From assembly GCA_035541435.1 (NCBI GenBank), contig DATKNL010000012.1:6498-70497 (forward strand): a stretch of DNA of 64,000 bases, given 5' to 3'. This DNA is from Minisyncoccota bacterium. GTDB lineage: Bacteria > Patescibacteriota > Minisyncoccia > UBA6257 > 2-01-FULL-56-20. The notes under the pieces were generated by a model, which worked only from the letters and a program-made list of their open reading frames with translations, was not told the origin of the DNA and ran no database searches. A program made the translations under genes and the position numbers. This document shows positions 49,514-58,387 of the stretch, in pieces (position 1 is the stretch's first letter; each line of letters opens with the position of its first letter).

Positions 49514-50185
49514 CTAGGAGCGAGGCTCGTCGAACTTCCGGCAGGCGCCGACACCCACGTCGTCGTTGCGGCTGTCGTCCCAGAGGCCGTTGACAACGAC
49601 ACCCTCGGCATCGCAGCAGCCAACGACGACACGGAAGCCGCCCGAATCGAAGTCGCTCGTGCGCGCGCAGCGGTTCGGATTGACGTACTTGCCTGTCTTC
49701 TTGAAGATCAGCAGGTCTTTCGCCGTTTCCACAACCGCCGATGGCACTTCGTACTCCTTGGGAAGCATCGCCGTTTGTTCGTCGAACATCTCGTTCTCGG
49801 AGCCGGGGACGATGTCTTTCAGGAGCAGATACCAGCGCAGGCCGAGCTTCACCTTGTTAGCGAACTTCTCTTTGCTGTACCAGGCATCGGGAGCATAGCT
49901 GTAGAAGCACGGCTCCGTCGCCTGCGGATTAAGCCGTTGGAGTTCCATCATGGTGATGGTATCCACGCCCACGAATGCGAAATGCGTCTCGCGGATCATC
50001 TTGCCCGGATTGAATGGGCAAGGCGAGTTGAGCGTCGCATCGCTCCACGGGAAGCTGCCGAGTGAGGAAATCTCTTCCGGCGTGAGCGCGATGCGATAGT
50101 GCGCGGTCCAGTCCGCGACCGCAAAGCAGTCGAGGTCGGGCAGTTCATGAGAAGTTTCACGGAACTTGTCGATGACGACATCCAT
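49514..50185 (-). CDS. Hypothetical protein with DGR variable-region-like C-terminus
   Basis: Own TTGACA-N17-TAAAAT promoter and AAAGGAG SD; C-terminus RTSD..SGG.RV.VG..D..G..V...WDD.R.D.VGV..CRKF. Confidence 0.7.
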   Translation of the reverse strand: MDVVIDKFRETSHELPDLDCFAVADWTAHYRIALTPEEISSLGSFPWSDATLNSPCPFNPGKMIRETHFAFVGVDTITMMELQRLNPQATEPCFYSYAPDAWYSKEKFANKVKLGLRWYLLLKDIVPGSENEMFDEQTAMLPKEYEVPSAVVETAKDLLIFKKTGKYVNPNRCARTSDFDSGGFRVVVGCCDAEGVVVNGLWDDSRNDDVGVGACRKFDEPRS

Positions 50186-50353
50186 ACCACATCTCCTTTT
50201 CTAAAATCCTATTTTCAGGTTCTAAGAATATTTTAGCATATCACCATATTTTTGTCAATTTTGTCTTAGCTGTAACATCATGCGTTTTTAGATCGTGTGC
50301 TTGCGGACTAAAATGAGACCCCGACAAGCGTCAGGGTCTTTGCGAGAACGGCG

Positions 50354-51022
50354 TTATCGCGTCTCGACAATTTCGGTGCGCGGAGGGTCGCGCAGGATGC
50401 GAAGGTAGCAATACGAATAGCTGCCTTTGAAGTACAGGTGGATGCAGATTTGGTCGGCGACCCATTTCGGCTCAAGCATTGCGCTCGTGTCCTTCGAGAG
50501 CCCTTCCCAGAACGGCGTCTTCATTCCGGCAGGCGCCGCAACCAGGGTCCGCTCGATCCGCTTGTCGAGCGACAAGGAGTTGGCGAACATGCCGAGGGCG
50601 GCCTTCACTCCCGTATAGACGGGCTCCAGCTCACGGGGCGTCCATTGAGATGTCGATGTAATTGCGACGAACCGCCGGAGCGTCCCCTGGCTCTTGAGAA
50701 TGCGCTGCATGAGCATGGCTGCTCCCAAGAAGCCGACATTCACCATGTCGAGGATCTGTTTATCGGTAAGATCGCTGATGCGACCCTCCTGGTAAAATCC
50801 GGGATTGTAGACGACCGTATCGAACGGAGCATGATCCGTCACGAGATGATCCATTGGGATCGGGAACCCCTGACCTGATCCGAGCGGAAGCGCGGCGAAC
50901 GTCAGGCCCTTCACCTTGGGATCCTTGCGTCCGGTGATGACAACGTTATCGTAACGACTCTTCAACAGGTCGGCGATTTCGAGACCCAATCCCGAAGTAC
51001 CGCCCACAATCAAGGCCGTCAT
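50354..51022 (-). CDS. SDR family oxidoreductase
   Basis: GGTSGLG and catalytic YTGVK. Confidence 0.88.
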   Translation of the reverse strand: MTALIVGGTSGLGLEIADLLKSRYDNVVITGRKDPKVKGLTFAALPLGSGQGFPIPMDHLVTDHAPFDTVVYNPGFYQEGRISDLTDKQILDMVNVGFLGAAMLMQRILKSQGTLRRFVAITSTSQWTPRELEPVYTGVKAALGMFANSLSLDKRIERTLVAAPAGMKTPFWEGLSKDTSAMLEPKWVADQICIHLYFKGSYSYCYLRILRDPPRTEIVETR

Positions 51023-51128
51023 AGCTGCCTCCTTCTTTGCTTTTATTGCCGCTATAAAGCTTGGGGTAGCATAATCCTGTTCCGGGATGCGGTCAATTAA
51101 GAGAGGGCCGGCGAAACCGCCATCCCCC

Positions 51129-51548
51129 TCATGGATGAAACATATCGGCCCGCAATTCTTTGAAATACATGTCCACGTCCTCCAAGGTCAGAATCTCGTC
51201 CTTTGTATACCATTTGTAATCATCGTTCTCGCTGACATCAAGACGAACTTCACCCGATGAAACGCCAACGTACGTCAAGCGAACGACATGTCGTTTCGGA
51301 TTCCTCAGAATGTCCTGCGCGGCGACCAATCGCGGTTCGCCGATAAGTTCCAATCCCGTCTCTTCTCTGACCTCGCGCCTCAGGTTTTCGAGCAGCGGCG
51401 TACCCGGATTGATCCGCCCGCCGACGATATCCCACCCTCCCTGAATCTCGGGATATTTTTCAAGTGATCGCCTGAGCAACAAGAACTTGCCGCTGTCATT
51501 GCTTAAAAGGATTTTGACTCCGACCTGCAAGACGAGGTCGTTTTCCAT
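51129..51548 (-). CDS. NUDIX hydrolase
   Basis: Nudix box GGRINPG.....L.REVREETGL. Confidence 0.9.
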   Translation of the reverse strand: MENDLVLQVGVKILLSNDSGKFLLLRRSLEKYPEIQGGWDIVGGRINPGTPLLENLRREVREETGLELIGEPRLVAAQDILRNPKRHVVRLTYVGVSSGEVRLDVSENDDYKWYTKDEILTLEDVDMYFKELRADMFHP

Positions 51549-51589
51549 GAAGGGTGAATCTGAAATGGACGGTGTCTATTTTGTTGTTG

Positions 51590-51660
51590 CGGGAGCTGGA
51601 GGAATCGGACCTCCGACCACAATTTTGGAGATTGTTGTTATACCACTTAACTAAGCTCCC
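51590..51660 (-). tRNA. tRNA-Trp (CCA)
   Basis: Acceptor GGGAGCT/AGCTCCC, anticodon arm ACAAT-CTCCAAA-ATTGT; T-loop TCCGATT. Confidence 0.9.
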
Positions 51661-52327
51661 ATCTTTTATTCAGCACAGAAAGCGCCGTCATTGCGAAGGA
51701 AAGCAAGCGCCGAGCAACCGCGTTATCGTGATAATAGACGGTGACGCAGCCTTGATATCCTTCCCTCGTCCGCTTGCCGGTATTCGCCTTACGATACGGC
51801 TTCAAAAACTGCCTTTTACTAATATTCGTTATTTCCGACCAAAAATCAAGCTGTTGCATCGGCTCGTGGTAGGCATGAAGATGCATGCAAACCCTGAATT
51901 TTCTTTCATCAAGAGAAAACGAATTCCTGAATAGCGCCAGGAACAGCGAAACCAATGCGGGATCAGAATTCGTGAAACGAACACCGTTATTCCGGTCCTT
52001 GGCTCCCTCGCACCAATAGAGCATACAACAGAGAAGTCTTGCGTATTCGGGCTTTAAGCGAATCCTTTCGAGATCCACCATGGCATCGCGATCATAAGAG
52101 CGAATCGACGCTAAAACCTTATTTTTCTTTTGATCTCTTGCGGCAAGCTGGCCAATTTGGATTCGCTCAAGAAGGCGCTTTCGGGCCTTGGCATCAAGTT
52201 CGACATCTCTTACCCACCGGGACAGCGTCGATTTCGCAATGTGAATTTCGCTGAGTATTTCGTTCAGCGAATATCCATCCCGTCTCAGCTGGACGGCCCG
52301 GTCCCTGATATCAAAAGGATGTGCCAT
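51647..52327 (-). CDS. HTH + LAGLIDADG-like endonuclease-fold protein (tRNA-adjacent CPR family)
   Basis: N-terminal HTH (GYSLNEI...IAKSTLSRW), LYWCEGAK, FTNSDP and FWSEIT; stop codon lies inside tRNA-Trp. Confidence 0.75.
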   Translation of the reverse strand: MAHPFDIRDRAVQLRRDGYSLNEILSEIHIAKSTLSRWVRDVELDAKARKRLLERIQIGQLAARDQKKNKVLASIRSYDRDAMVDLERIRLKPEYARLLCCMLYWCEGAKDRNNGVRFTNSDPALVSLFLALFRNSFSLDERKFRVCMHLHAYHEPMQQLDFWSEITNISKRQFLKPYRKANTGKRTREGYQGCVTVYYHDNAVARRLLSFAMTALSVLNKRWELS

Positions 52328-52378
52328 GAGGTCATCATGGCACATCGCAGGTTAAAACTATATTAAAGAATCCTTGAC

Positions 52379-52558
52379 TTATTTCCCCGTGATCCTTGCC
52401 TCTTTATGGAGCGTCTTCTTGCTGCACCAGGGGCAGAACTTCTGCAGCTCGATCTTGCGCTCGACCTGCTTCTTGTTCTTGTTCGTATAGTAATTCCGCC
52501 GCTTGCAGACGGAGCAGCGCAGCGTGATCAGGCGGTCGGCGGTCTTAACTTTTGCCAT
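52379..52558 (-). CDS. rpmG: 50S ribosomal protein L33 (zinc-binding type)
   Basis: CSVC..RNYYT.KNKK and KFCPWC.K.TLHKE. Confidence 0.96.
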   Translation of the reverse strand: MAKVKTADRLITLRCSVCKRRNYYTNKNKKQVERKIELQKFCPWCSKKTLHKEARITGK

Positions 52559-52628
52559 GGGGGTTATCGTAGCACGCTCGCGGACGGAAATCAACTCTTC
52601 TGAAGGGGCTCGGCGGCCAAGGATTGCC

Positions 52629-53369
52629 TCAGGCCGGGTGACAGATCAGGATGTCTTCCCGTCCGGCCCGCAGCTCGAACGAATAGTCCGGACAGATCTT
52701 CGTTATGAGCGCCGGGAGTTCCATTTTGTCGTTCGGCTTATGATAGGCGGACATGACCATGATCGGCTTCCATTTCTTGATTGTCTCGCTTGCGCCCTCA
52801 AGGATGTTCGCCTCGTATCCTTCGGCGTCTATCTTAAGGAAGTCGACGCGGGTGTTCAGGTTGTCGATTTTCTGCAGATGCACCGGCGTGCCGCTCGTGT
52901 CGATGTGGTTGCTGAGGCAATCCCCCGTCTCTTTTATGAACGCATCCTGCTCCTTGTCACTCAAGCCGTTGTTCACGACGGTCACGTTGGGATAGCCCCT
53001 GACGTTTTCCGCGAGCGCGGCGAAGGTCGAGGGGGTGGGCTCGAAGGCGATGACGGTCGCGCCCGGGCGCTTGGCGGCCACGAGCGACGCGAATATGCCC
53101 ATGTTCGCGCCGGCATCAAGGACGACATCCTTGTCACCGATCATCTCGATGCGATACTGGTTCGAGATGATGATCTCGTCGACGGTCCCCAGGAATCCGT
53201 TGACCTGGTCCGCGAGGACCCTGAAAGGCCTGCCGAAAAGGGTCGTGACGAATTCCCCCTTCGGACGAAGGGATGACGGGAGCACGAAAAGGACCATGAC
53301 CCTGAGGGGAATCTTGCCGCTCAAAAAGCAGGAAATCGCCGTGAGGCGGATGCGGATCGGATAGCTCAT
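52629..53369 (-). CDS. FkbM family methyltransferase
   Basis: DAGANMG, AFEP and FLKIDAEGYE. Confidence 0.92.
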   Translation of the reverse strand: MSYPIRIRLTAISCFLSGKIPLRVMVLFVLPSSLRPKGEFVTTLFGRPFRVLADQVNGFLGTVDEIIISNQYRIEMIGDKDVVLDAGANMGIFASLVAAKRPGATVIAFEPTPSTFAALAENVRGYPNVTVVNNGLSDKEQDAFIKETGDCLSNHIDTSGTPVHLQKIDNLNTRVDFLKIDAEGYEANILEGASETIKKWKPIMVMSAYHKPNDKMELPALITKICPDYSFELRAGREDILICHPA

Positions 53370-53418
53370 CGTTCATTCATTGTACCTGTTTCGCGGCACG
53401 CGTCATCCACATATCGTG

Positions 53419-53491
53419 AGCCGATGGCCGGATTTGAACCGGCGACCTACTCCTTACCATGGAGTTGCTCTACCAGCTGAGCTACATCGGC
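53419..53491 (-). tRNA. tRNA-Thr (GGT)
   Basis: Acceptor GCCGATG/CATCGGC, anticodon arm ACTCC-ATGGTAA-GGAGT, T-loop TTCAAAT. Confidence 0.95.
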
Positions 53492-53501
53492 ACTCGTCCC
53501 A

Positions 53502-54449
53502 CTATACCCTCTCCTTATTCAAAATGCTAGCGAAATACGCGATCGTCTTCCTCAGCCCCTCCTCGAGCGAAACCTTCGGCTCCCACCCGAGTTTTTCCTT
53601 CGCAAGGCTGATGTCGGGTTTTCGCTGGCGCGGATCGTCGGTCGGCAGCGGACGCTGTTCGATCGCGCTTTTCGAGCCGGTCAGCGCGATGACCTTCTGT
53701 GCGAACTCCCTCACCGTGAATTCCCCGGGGTTGCCGATGTTCACGGGACCGACGAACCCCGTCGATTCCATCATGGCGGTCATGCCATCCAGCAGGTCCG
53801 AGACGTATTGGAAGCTGCGCGTCTGGCTGCCGTCGCCGTATATGGTGATCGGCTCCCCCTTCAGGGCCTGGATGATGAAATTGGACACGACGCGGCCGTC
53901 GTCGGGCGACATGTAGGGGCCATAGGTGTTGAAGATGCGGACGATGCGGACGTCGACGCCGTGCATGCGGTGATATTCCATGAACACGGTCTCGGCGGCG
54001 CGCTTGCCCTCGTCATAGCACGCGCGCGGCCCGAGCATGGTCACGTTGCCGCGATAGGACTCTTTCTGCGGATGCTCCAGCGGATCGCCGTATACTTCGG
54101 ACGTCGACGCCTGAAGCACGCGGGCGCCGCACCGCCGGGCGAAGTCGAGCACGTTCACGGACCCCTCGACGTTCGTGCGCATCGTCTTCACCGGATCCTT
54201 CTGGTACCACGGCGGCGACGCCGGGCAGGCAAGATTATAGATGCGGTCGAACTTCTCGCCGAGGTCGAACCGCTCCGTCACGTCGTGCTCGACGGCGTGA
54301 AAGCGCGGATCGCCGGCAAAGCGCTCGACGTTCGCGCGCGGGCCCGAAAAGAAATTGTCGAGGGCCCAGACCTCGTGGCCGGCGGCGAGCAGCCGCTCGG
54401 CAAGATTGGTCCCGATGAATCCCGCGCCGCCGGTGATGAGGATTTTCAT
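53502..54449 (-). CDS. UDP-glucuronic acid decarboxylase (UXS) family
   Basis: [31 protein letters not shown] and DGRVVSNF. Confidence 0.95.
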   Translation of the reverse strand: MKILITGGAGFIGTNLAERLLAAGHEVWALDNFFSGPRANVERFAGDPRFHAVEHDVTERFDLGEKFDRIYNLACPASPPWYQKDPVKTMRTNVEGSVNVLDFARRCGARVLQASTSEVYGDPLEHPQKESYRGNVTMLGPRACYDEGKRAAETVFMEYHRMHGVDVRIVRIFNTYGPYMSPDDGRVVSNFIIQALKGEPITIYGDGSQTRSFQYVSDLLDGMTAMMESTGFVGPVNIGNPGEFTVREFAQKVIALTGSKSAIEQRPLPTDDPRQRKPDISLAKEKLGWEPKVSLEEGLRKTIAYFASILNKERV

Positions 54450-54459
54450 GGTTTTTGTG

Positions 54460-54531
54460 AGCCGGAGAGAGGAGTCGAACCTCCAACCTTCGCTTTACAA
54501 AAGCGCTGCTCTGCCATTGAGCTACTCCGGC
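54460..54531 (-). tRNA. tRNA-Thr (TGT)
   Basis: Acceptor GCCGGAG/CTCCGGC, anticodon loop TTTGTAA, T-loop TTCGACT. Confidence 0.93.
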
Positions 54532-54678
54532 CTTTGACCTCCCTATAGTATAGGACGGGCGCGGCCCTGTAAAACGCCGCGGCCGTGTCAAATACCCTTT
54601 AAGATTTCTTTAATCAGAGGTAGAATGCTAGGGAATCAATGTTCTGCATCCTGGCTTGCCGGGGCTAACACGCGAACA

Positions 54679-57600
54679 ATGTCCACCAAATTCACCCATC
54701 TTCATACGCATTCCCATTATTCCCTCCTCGACGGCCTTTCGAAGGTCGACGAGCTCGTCAAGCGCACGAAGGAGCTCGGCATGGACTCGATCGCCCTCAC
54801 CGACCACGGCGTCCTCTATGGCGCCGTCGAATTCTATAAGTCGGCGCGGAAGAACGGGGTGAAGCCCATCCTCGGCGTCGAGACCTATGTCGCCCCGCGC
54901 GACCGTTTTTCAAAAGAAGCCAACGAACGCTATTACCATCTCATCCTCCTCTGCGAGAACCTGACCGGGTGGAAGAACCTCATCACGCTGGTCTCGAAGG
55001 CCCACCTCGAGGGATTCTATTACCGCCCGCGCGTCGACAAGGACCTGCTCCGCGAGCATCACGAGGGGCTGATCGCCCTTTCGGCGTGTCTCGGCGGCGA
55101 GATCGGGAGCTGCCTCATGGCTGACCGCTACGAGGAAGCCAAGAAGACCGCGCTCGCCTATGAGGAGCTCTTCGGCAAAGGGAACTATTTTCTTGAAATC
55201 CAGAAGCATCCGCACGTTCCCGATTCGGAGAAGATCGAACCCTTGCTCGTGAAGCTTTCGAACGAGACCGGCATCCCGCTCGTCGCCACCCAGGACAGCC
55301 ATTACCTGCGCTCGGAGGACCGCGACTATCACGACGTGCTCCTCGCCGTGCAGACCGGCAACAAACTGTCGGACGACGACCGCATGACGATGAAGGAGGA
55401 CGACTTCTCGGTCCTGTCGCCCGAGGCGATGGCCGAGAAGTTCAAGGCGATTCCCGGCGGCATCGAAGCCGTCGAGCGGAGCGCCGAGATCGCGGCGCGA
55501 TGCAACGTCGAACTCGAACTCGGCAAGACGCTGCTCCCCGACTTCCCGAAGCCGCCCGGCACGACCGCGAACGCCTATCTGCGCACGCTCGTCGAGGAGC
55601 GCCTGCCGAAGAAGTTCCCGCCCGCCAGCCAGACCAAGGAGATGCGCGACCGGCTCGAATACGAGCTCGGCGTCATCGAGAAAACGGGCTTCGCGGACTA
55701 CTTTCTCATCGTGCAGGACCTCATCTATTGGGCCAAGTCGCACGGCATCGCCGTGGGGCCGGGCCGCGGCTCGGCCGCCGGCAGCCTGGTCTCGTACGTG
55801 CTCGACATCACGGACATCGACCCGCTGAAGTACGACCTGCTCTTCGAGCGGTTCCTCAATCCCGAACGCATCCAGATGCCCGATATCGATATCGACTTCG
55901 CCGACTCGCGCCGCGACGAGGTGCTTGCCTATGCGAGCGAGAAATACGGCGAAGACCACGTCGCGCGCATCATCACCTTCGGGACCATGGCGGCTCGCGC
56001 GGCGATCCGCGACGCGGGGCGCGCGATGGGCTACTCGTACGCGTTCTGCGACCAGATCGCGAAGCTCATCCCCTTCAACCCGACCCAGGGCATGAAGGAG
56101 GGCTGGCTCGACGAATGCCTTGCCAAGGTCCAGGAACTCCGCACCCTCTACGAATCGAATCCCGAAGCGAAGCGACTCATCGACACCGCGCGCCATCTCG
56201 AAGGCGTCGCCCGGCACGCGTCGGTGCACGCCTGCGGCACGGTGATCGCGAAGGAGCCGCTCATGGACCGCGTGCCGCTCCAGTTCGCCCCGCAGGAAAA
56301 GAACATCGTGATCACGCAGCTCGAGATGCACGCGATCGAGGACCTCGGCCTCCTCAAGATCGACTTCCTCGGCCTCAAGAACCTGACGATCATCGAAGAG
56401 ACGATCCGCATCGTTCGGGAGCTGCGCGGCGAGAGCCTGGACATCTCGAAGATCCCCCTCGACGACCGGAAGACCTTCGAGCTGCTGAAGCGCGGCGACA
56501 CGACCGGCGTCTTCCAGTTCGAATCGAGCGGCATGCGACGCTATATGAAAGAGATCGCCCCGAGCGGCATCGAAGACCTGATCGCGCTCGTCGCCCTCTA
56601 CCGCCCCGGACCGATGGAGCTGATCCCCTCGTTCATCAAGCGCAAGCACGGCAAGGAGAAGATCACCTACCTGCATCCGAAGCTCGAGCCGATCCTCAAG
56701 AACACCTATGGCGTGGGCGTCTATCAGGAGCAGATGATGCAGATCGCCCGCAGCCTCGCGGGCTACACGCTCCCCGAAGCGGACACGCTCCGCAAGGCGA
56801 TCGGCAAGAAGATCAAGTCGCTCCTCGACGAACAGGGCGAGAAGCTCGTCGGCGGCATGATCAAGAACGGCATCCCGCCGAAGATCGCGAAGGAGATCTG
56901 GGAGCTCTTCCCGCCGTTCGCCCGCTACGGCTTCAACAAGTCGCACGCGGCCTGCTATGCCATGATCGGCTATCAGACCGCGTACCTGCGCGCGAACTAT
57001 CCCGAGGAGTTCACCGCGGCGCTCCTCAACGCGGAAATGAGCGACATCGAGCGCATCTCGTTCCTCATCCAGGAGGCGAAGACGTCCGGCCTCGAGATCC
57101 TGCCGCCGGACGTGAACCGCAGCTCGGTGAACTTCGCCCCCGAAGGCGAGAAGATCCGCTTCGGCCTCCTTGCCATCAAGAACGTCGGCTCCGAGATCAC
57201 CCGCGCCATCATCGAGGAGCGCTCGCGCGGCGGCCCGTTCAGGAGCTTCGAGGACTTCCTCGGCCGCATCCAGCACAAGGACCTCAACAAGAAGTCGCTC
57301 GAGAGCCTGACGAAGAGCGGCGCCTTCGACTCGCTCGGCATCGAGCGGCGGCAGGCGCTTGAGAACATGGACGAGATCCTGAAGTTCGCGAACGCGATGC
57401 GACGCGGCGGCTCTGGCGGCGCCTCAAGCTCGCTCTTCGGCGACGCGACACCCAAGGTGAGCCTGAAGCTGAAGCCGGCCGCCCCCGCAACCCCGGGCGA
57501 ACGGCTCGCCTGGGAGAAGGAGCTCATCGGCTTCTTCATCTCCGACCATCCGATCAACGCCCATACGGCCGCGATCAAGCACTATCAGGCCCGCCCGATC

Positions 57601-57918
57601 GCCGACCTCGCGACCGTGAACGACGAGAAGAAGATGGTGCGCACCGCGGGCCTCGTTTCGAAGATCCACAAGATCTTCACGAAGAGCGGCCAGCCGATGA
57701 TGTTCGTGACGATCGAGGATGCGGCGCAGCACCCGCTCGAGATCGTCGTCTTCAACAGCGTCCTCGAGAAGACGGCGCCGATGTGGGCCGAGAACGCCGT
57801 CGTGATCGTCGAAGGCCGCGTCTCGCGGCGCGACGGCGAGCTCAAGATGATCTGCGAGAAGGCAAAACGTCTGACGGAAGAGCCGCATCAGGCCGGACCG
57901 GCCGTCGCCGAGGCTTGA
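54679..57918 (+). CDS. dnaE: DNA polymerase III alpha subunit
   Basis: PHP HLHTHSHYSLLDG, GRGSAAGS, PDIDIDF, YGFNKSHA and a C-terminal OB fold; no intein seen. Confidence 0.98.
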   Translation: MSTKFTHLHTHSHYSLLDGLSKVDELVKRTKELGMDSIALTDHGVLYGAVEFYKSARKNGVKPILGVETYVAPRDRFSKEANERYYHLILLCENLTGWKNLITLVSKAHLEGFYYRPRVDKDLLREHHEGLIALSACLGGEIGSCLMADRYEEAKKTALAYEELFGKGNYFLEIQKHPHVPDSEKIEPLLVKLSNETGIPLVATQDSHYLRSEDRDYHDVLLAVQTGNKLSDDDRMTMKEDDFSVLSPEAMAEKFKAIPGGIEAVERSAEIAARCNVELELGKTLLPDFPKPPGTTANAYLRTLVEERLPKKFPPASQTKEMRDRLEYELGVIEKTGFADYFLIVQDLIYWAKSHGIAVGPGRGSAAGSLVSYVLDITDIDPLKYDLLFERFLNPERIQMPDIDIDFADSRRDEVLAYASEKYGEDHVARIITFGTMAARAAIRDAGRAMGYSYAFCDQIAKLIPFNPTQGMKEGWLDECLAKVQELRTLYESNPEAKRLIDTARHLEGVARHASVHACGTVIAKEPLMDRVPLQFAPQEKNIVITQLEMHAIEDLGLLKIDFLGLKNLTIIEETIRIVRELRGESLDISKIPLDDRKTFELLKRGDTTGVFQFESSGMRRYMKEIAPSGIEDLIALVALYRPGPMELIPSFIKRKHGKEKITYLHPKLEPILKNTYGVGVYQEQMMQIARSLAGYTLPEADTLRKAIGKKIKSLLDEQGEKLVGGMIKNGIPPKIAKEIWELFPPFARYGFNKSHAACYAMIGYQTAYLRANYPEEFTAALLNAEMSDIERISFLIQEAKTSGLEILPPDVNRSSVNFAPEGEKIRFGLLAIKNVGSEITRAIIEERSRGGPFRSFEDFLGRIQHKDLNKKSLESLTKSGAFDSLGIERRQALENMDEILKFANAMRRGGSGGASSSLFGDATPKVSLKLKPAAPATPGERLAWEKELIGFFISDHPINAHTAAIKHYQARPIADLATVNDEKKMVRTAGLVSKIHKIFTKSGQPMMFVTIEDAAQHPLEIVVFNSVLEKTAPMWAENAVVIVEGRVSRRDGELKMICEKAKRLTEEPHQAGPAVAEA

Positions 57919-57977
57919 TGGCCGCCGGGGCGGATGGTATAAGAAGGGCAGCACGAGCCAATCGAAAAGGAGCGCAC

Positions 57978-58313
57978 GTGGCCATCAAAGATCATATCAC
58001 CGAGAACGCGGTGAACAGCGAGGCGGAATTCCAGATCAAGATGTTCGAACAGTCCCTCAGGGACCGCGCCTGGGAAAACAGCCGTAATAGAATCCCGAAA
58101 CGGCCAGGAGCGGTATTTCTTCGGGCCGTTGCAAAAACCGCATCTGAGATCGGGACCAACAGCGAATCCCGAAAGAAGATCCTCTCGAAGTTCTATGAGG
58201 TCCTCGTCGGCCTGATGCTCGAAGGCAGCGAGCGGTACCGCGACATGATAGCCGCCGTCGCACCGAGCACGGTCCTCAAGCCAACGGAAACCCGTCAGGC
58301 GAGCGACGCCTAG
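57978..58313 (+). CDS. Hypothetical protein
   Basis: AAAAGGAG SD before GTG 57978; followed by a hairpin/T-tract at about 58333-58360. Confidence 0.55.
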   Translation: MAIKDHITENAVNSEAEFQIKMFEQSLRDRAWENSRNRIPKRPGAVFLRAVAKTASEIGTNSESRKKILSKFYEVLVGLMLEGSERYRDMIAAVAPSTVLKPTETRQASDA

Positions 58314-58387
58314 CGCCGCCCGGAAATCAGCCAAACCGCCAAATCATCGGCGGTTTTTTTATTCTTTTAGGAACGCGCTGCGGAACC

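Noticed and set aside
49400-51589. Second repeat-delimited cassette array downstream of tRNA-Trp (NUDIX, SDR, DGR-like target)
   Set aside because: The genes look accessory and two have their own promoters, but I found no shared junction repeat or tRNA-end duplication.
51647-52345. Group I intron inside tRNA-Trp carrying the endonuclease-like ORF
   Set aside because: tRNA-Trp is contiguous and intact; the ORF lies upstream and only overlaps its 5' end.
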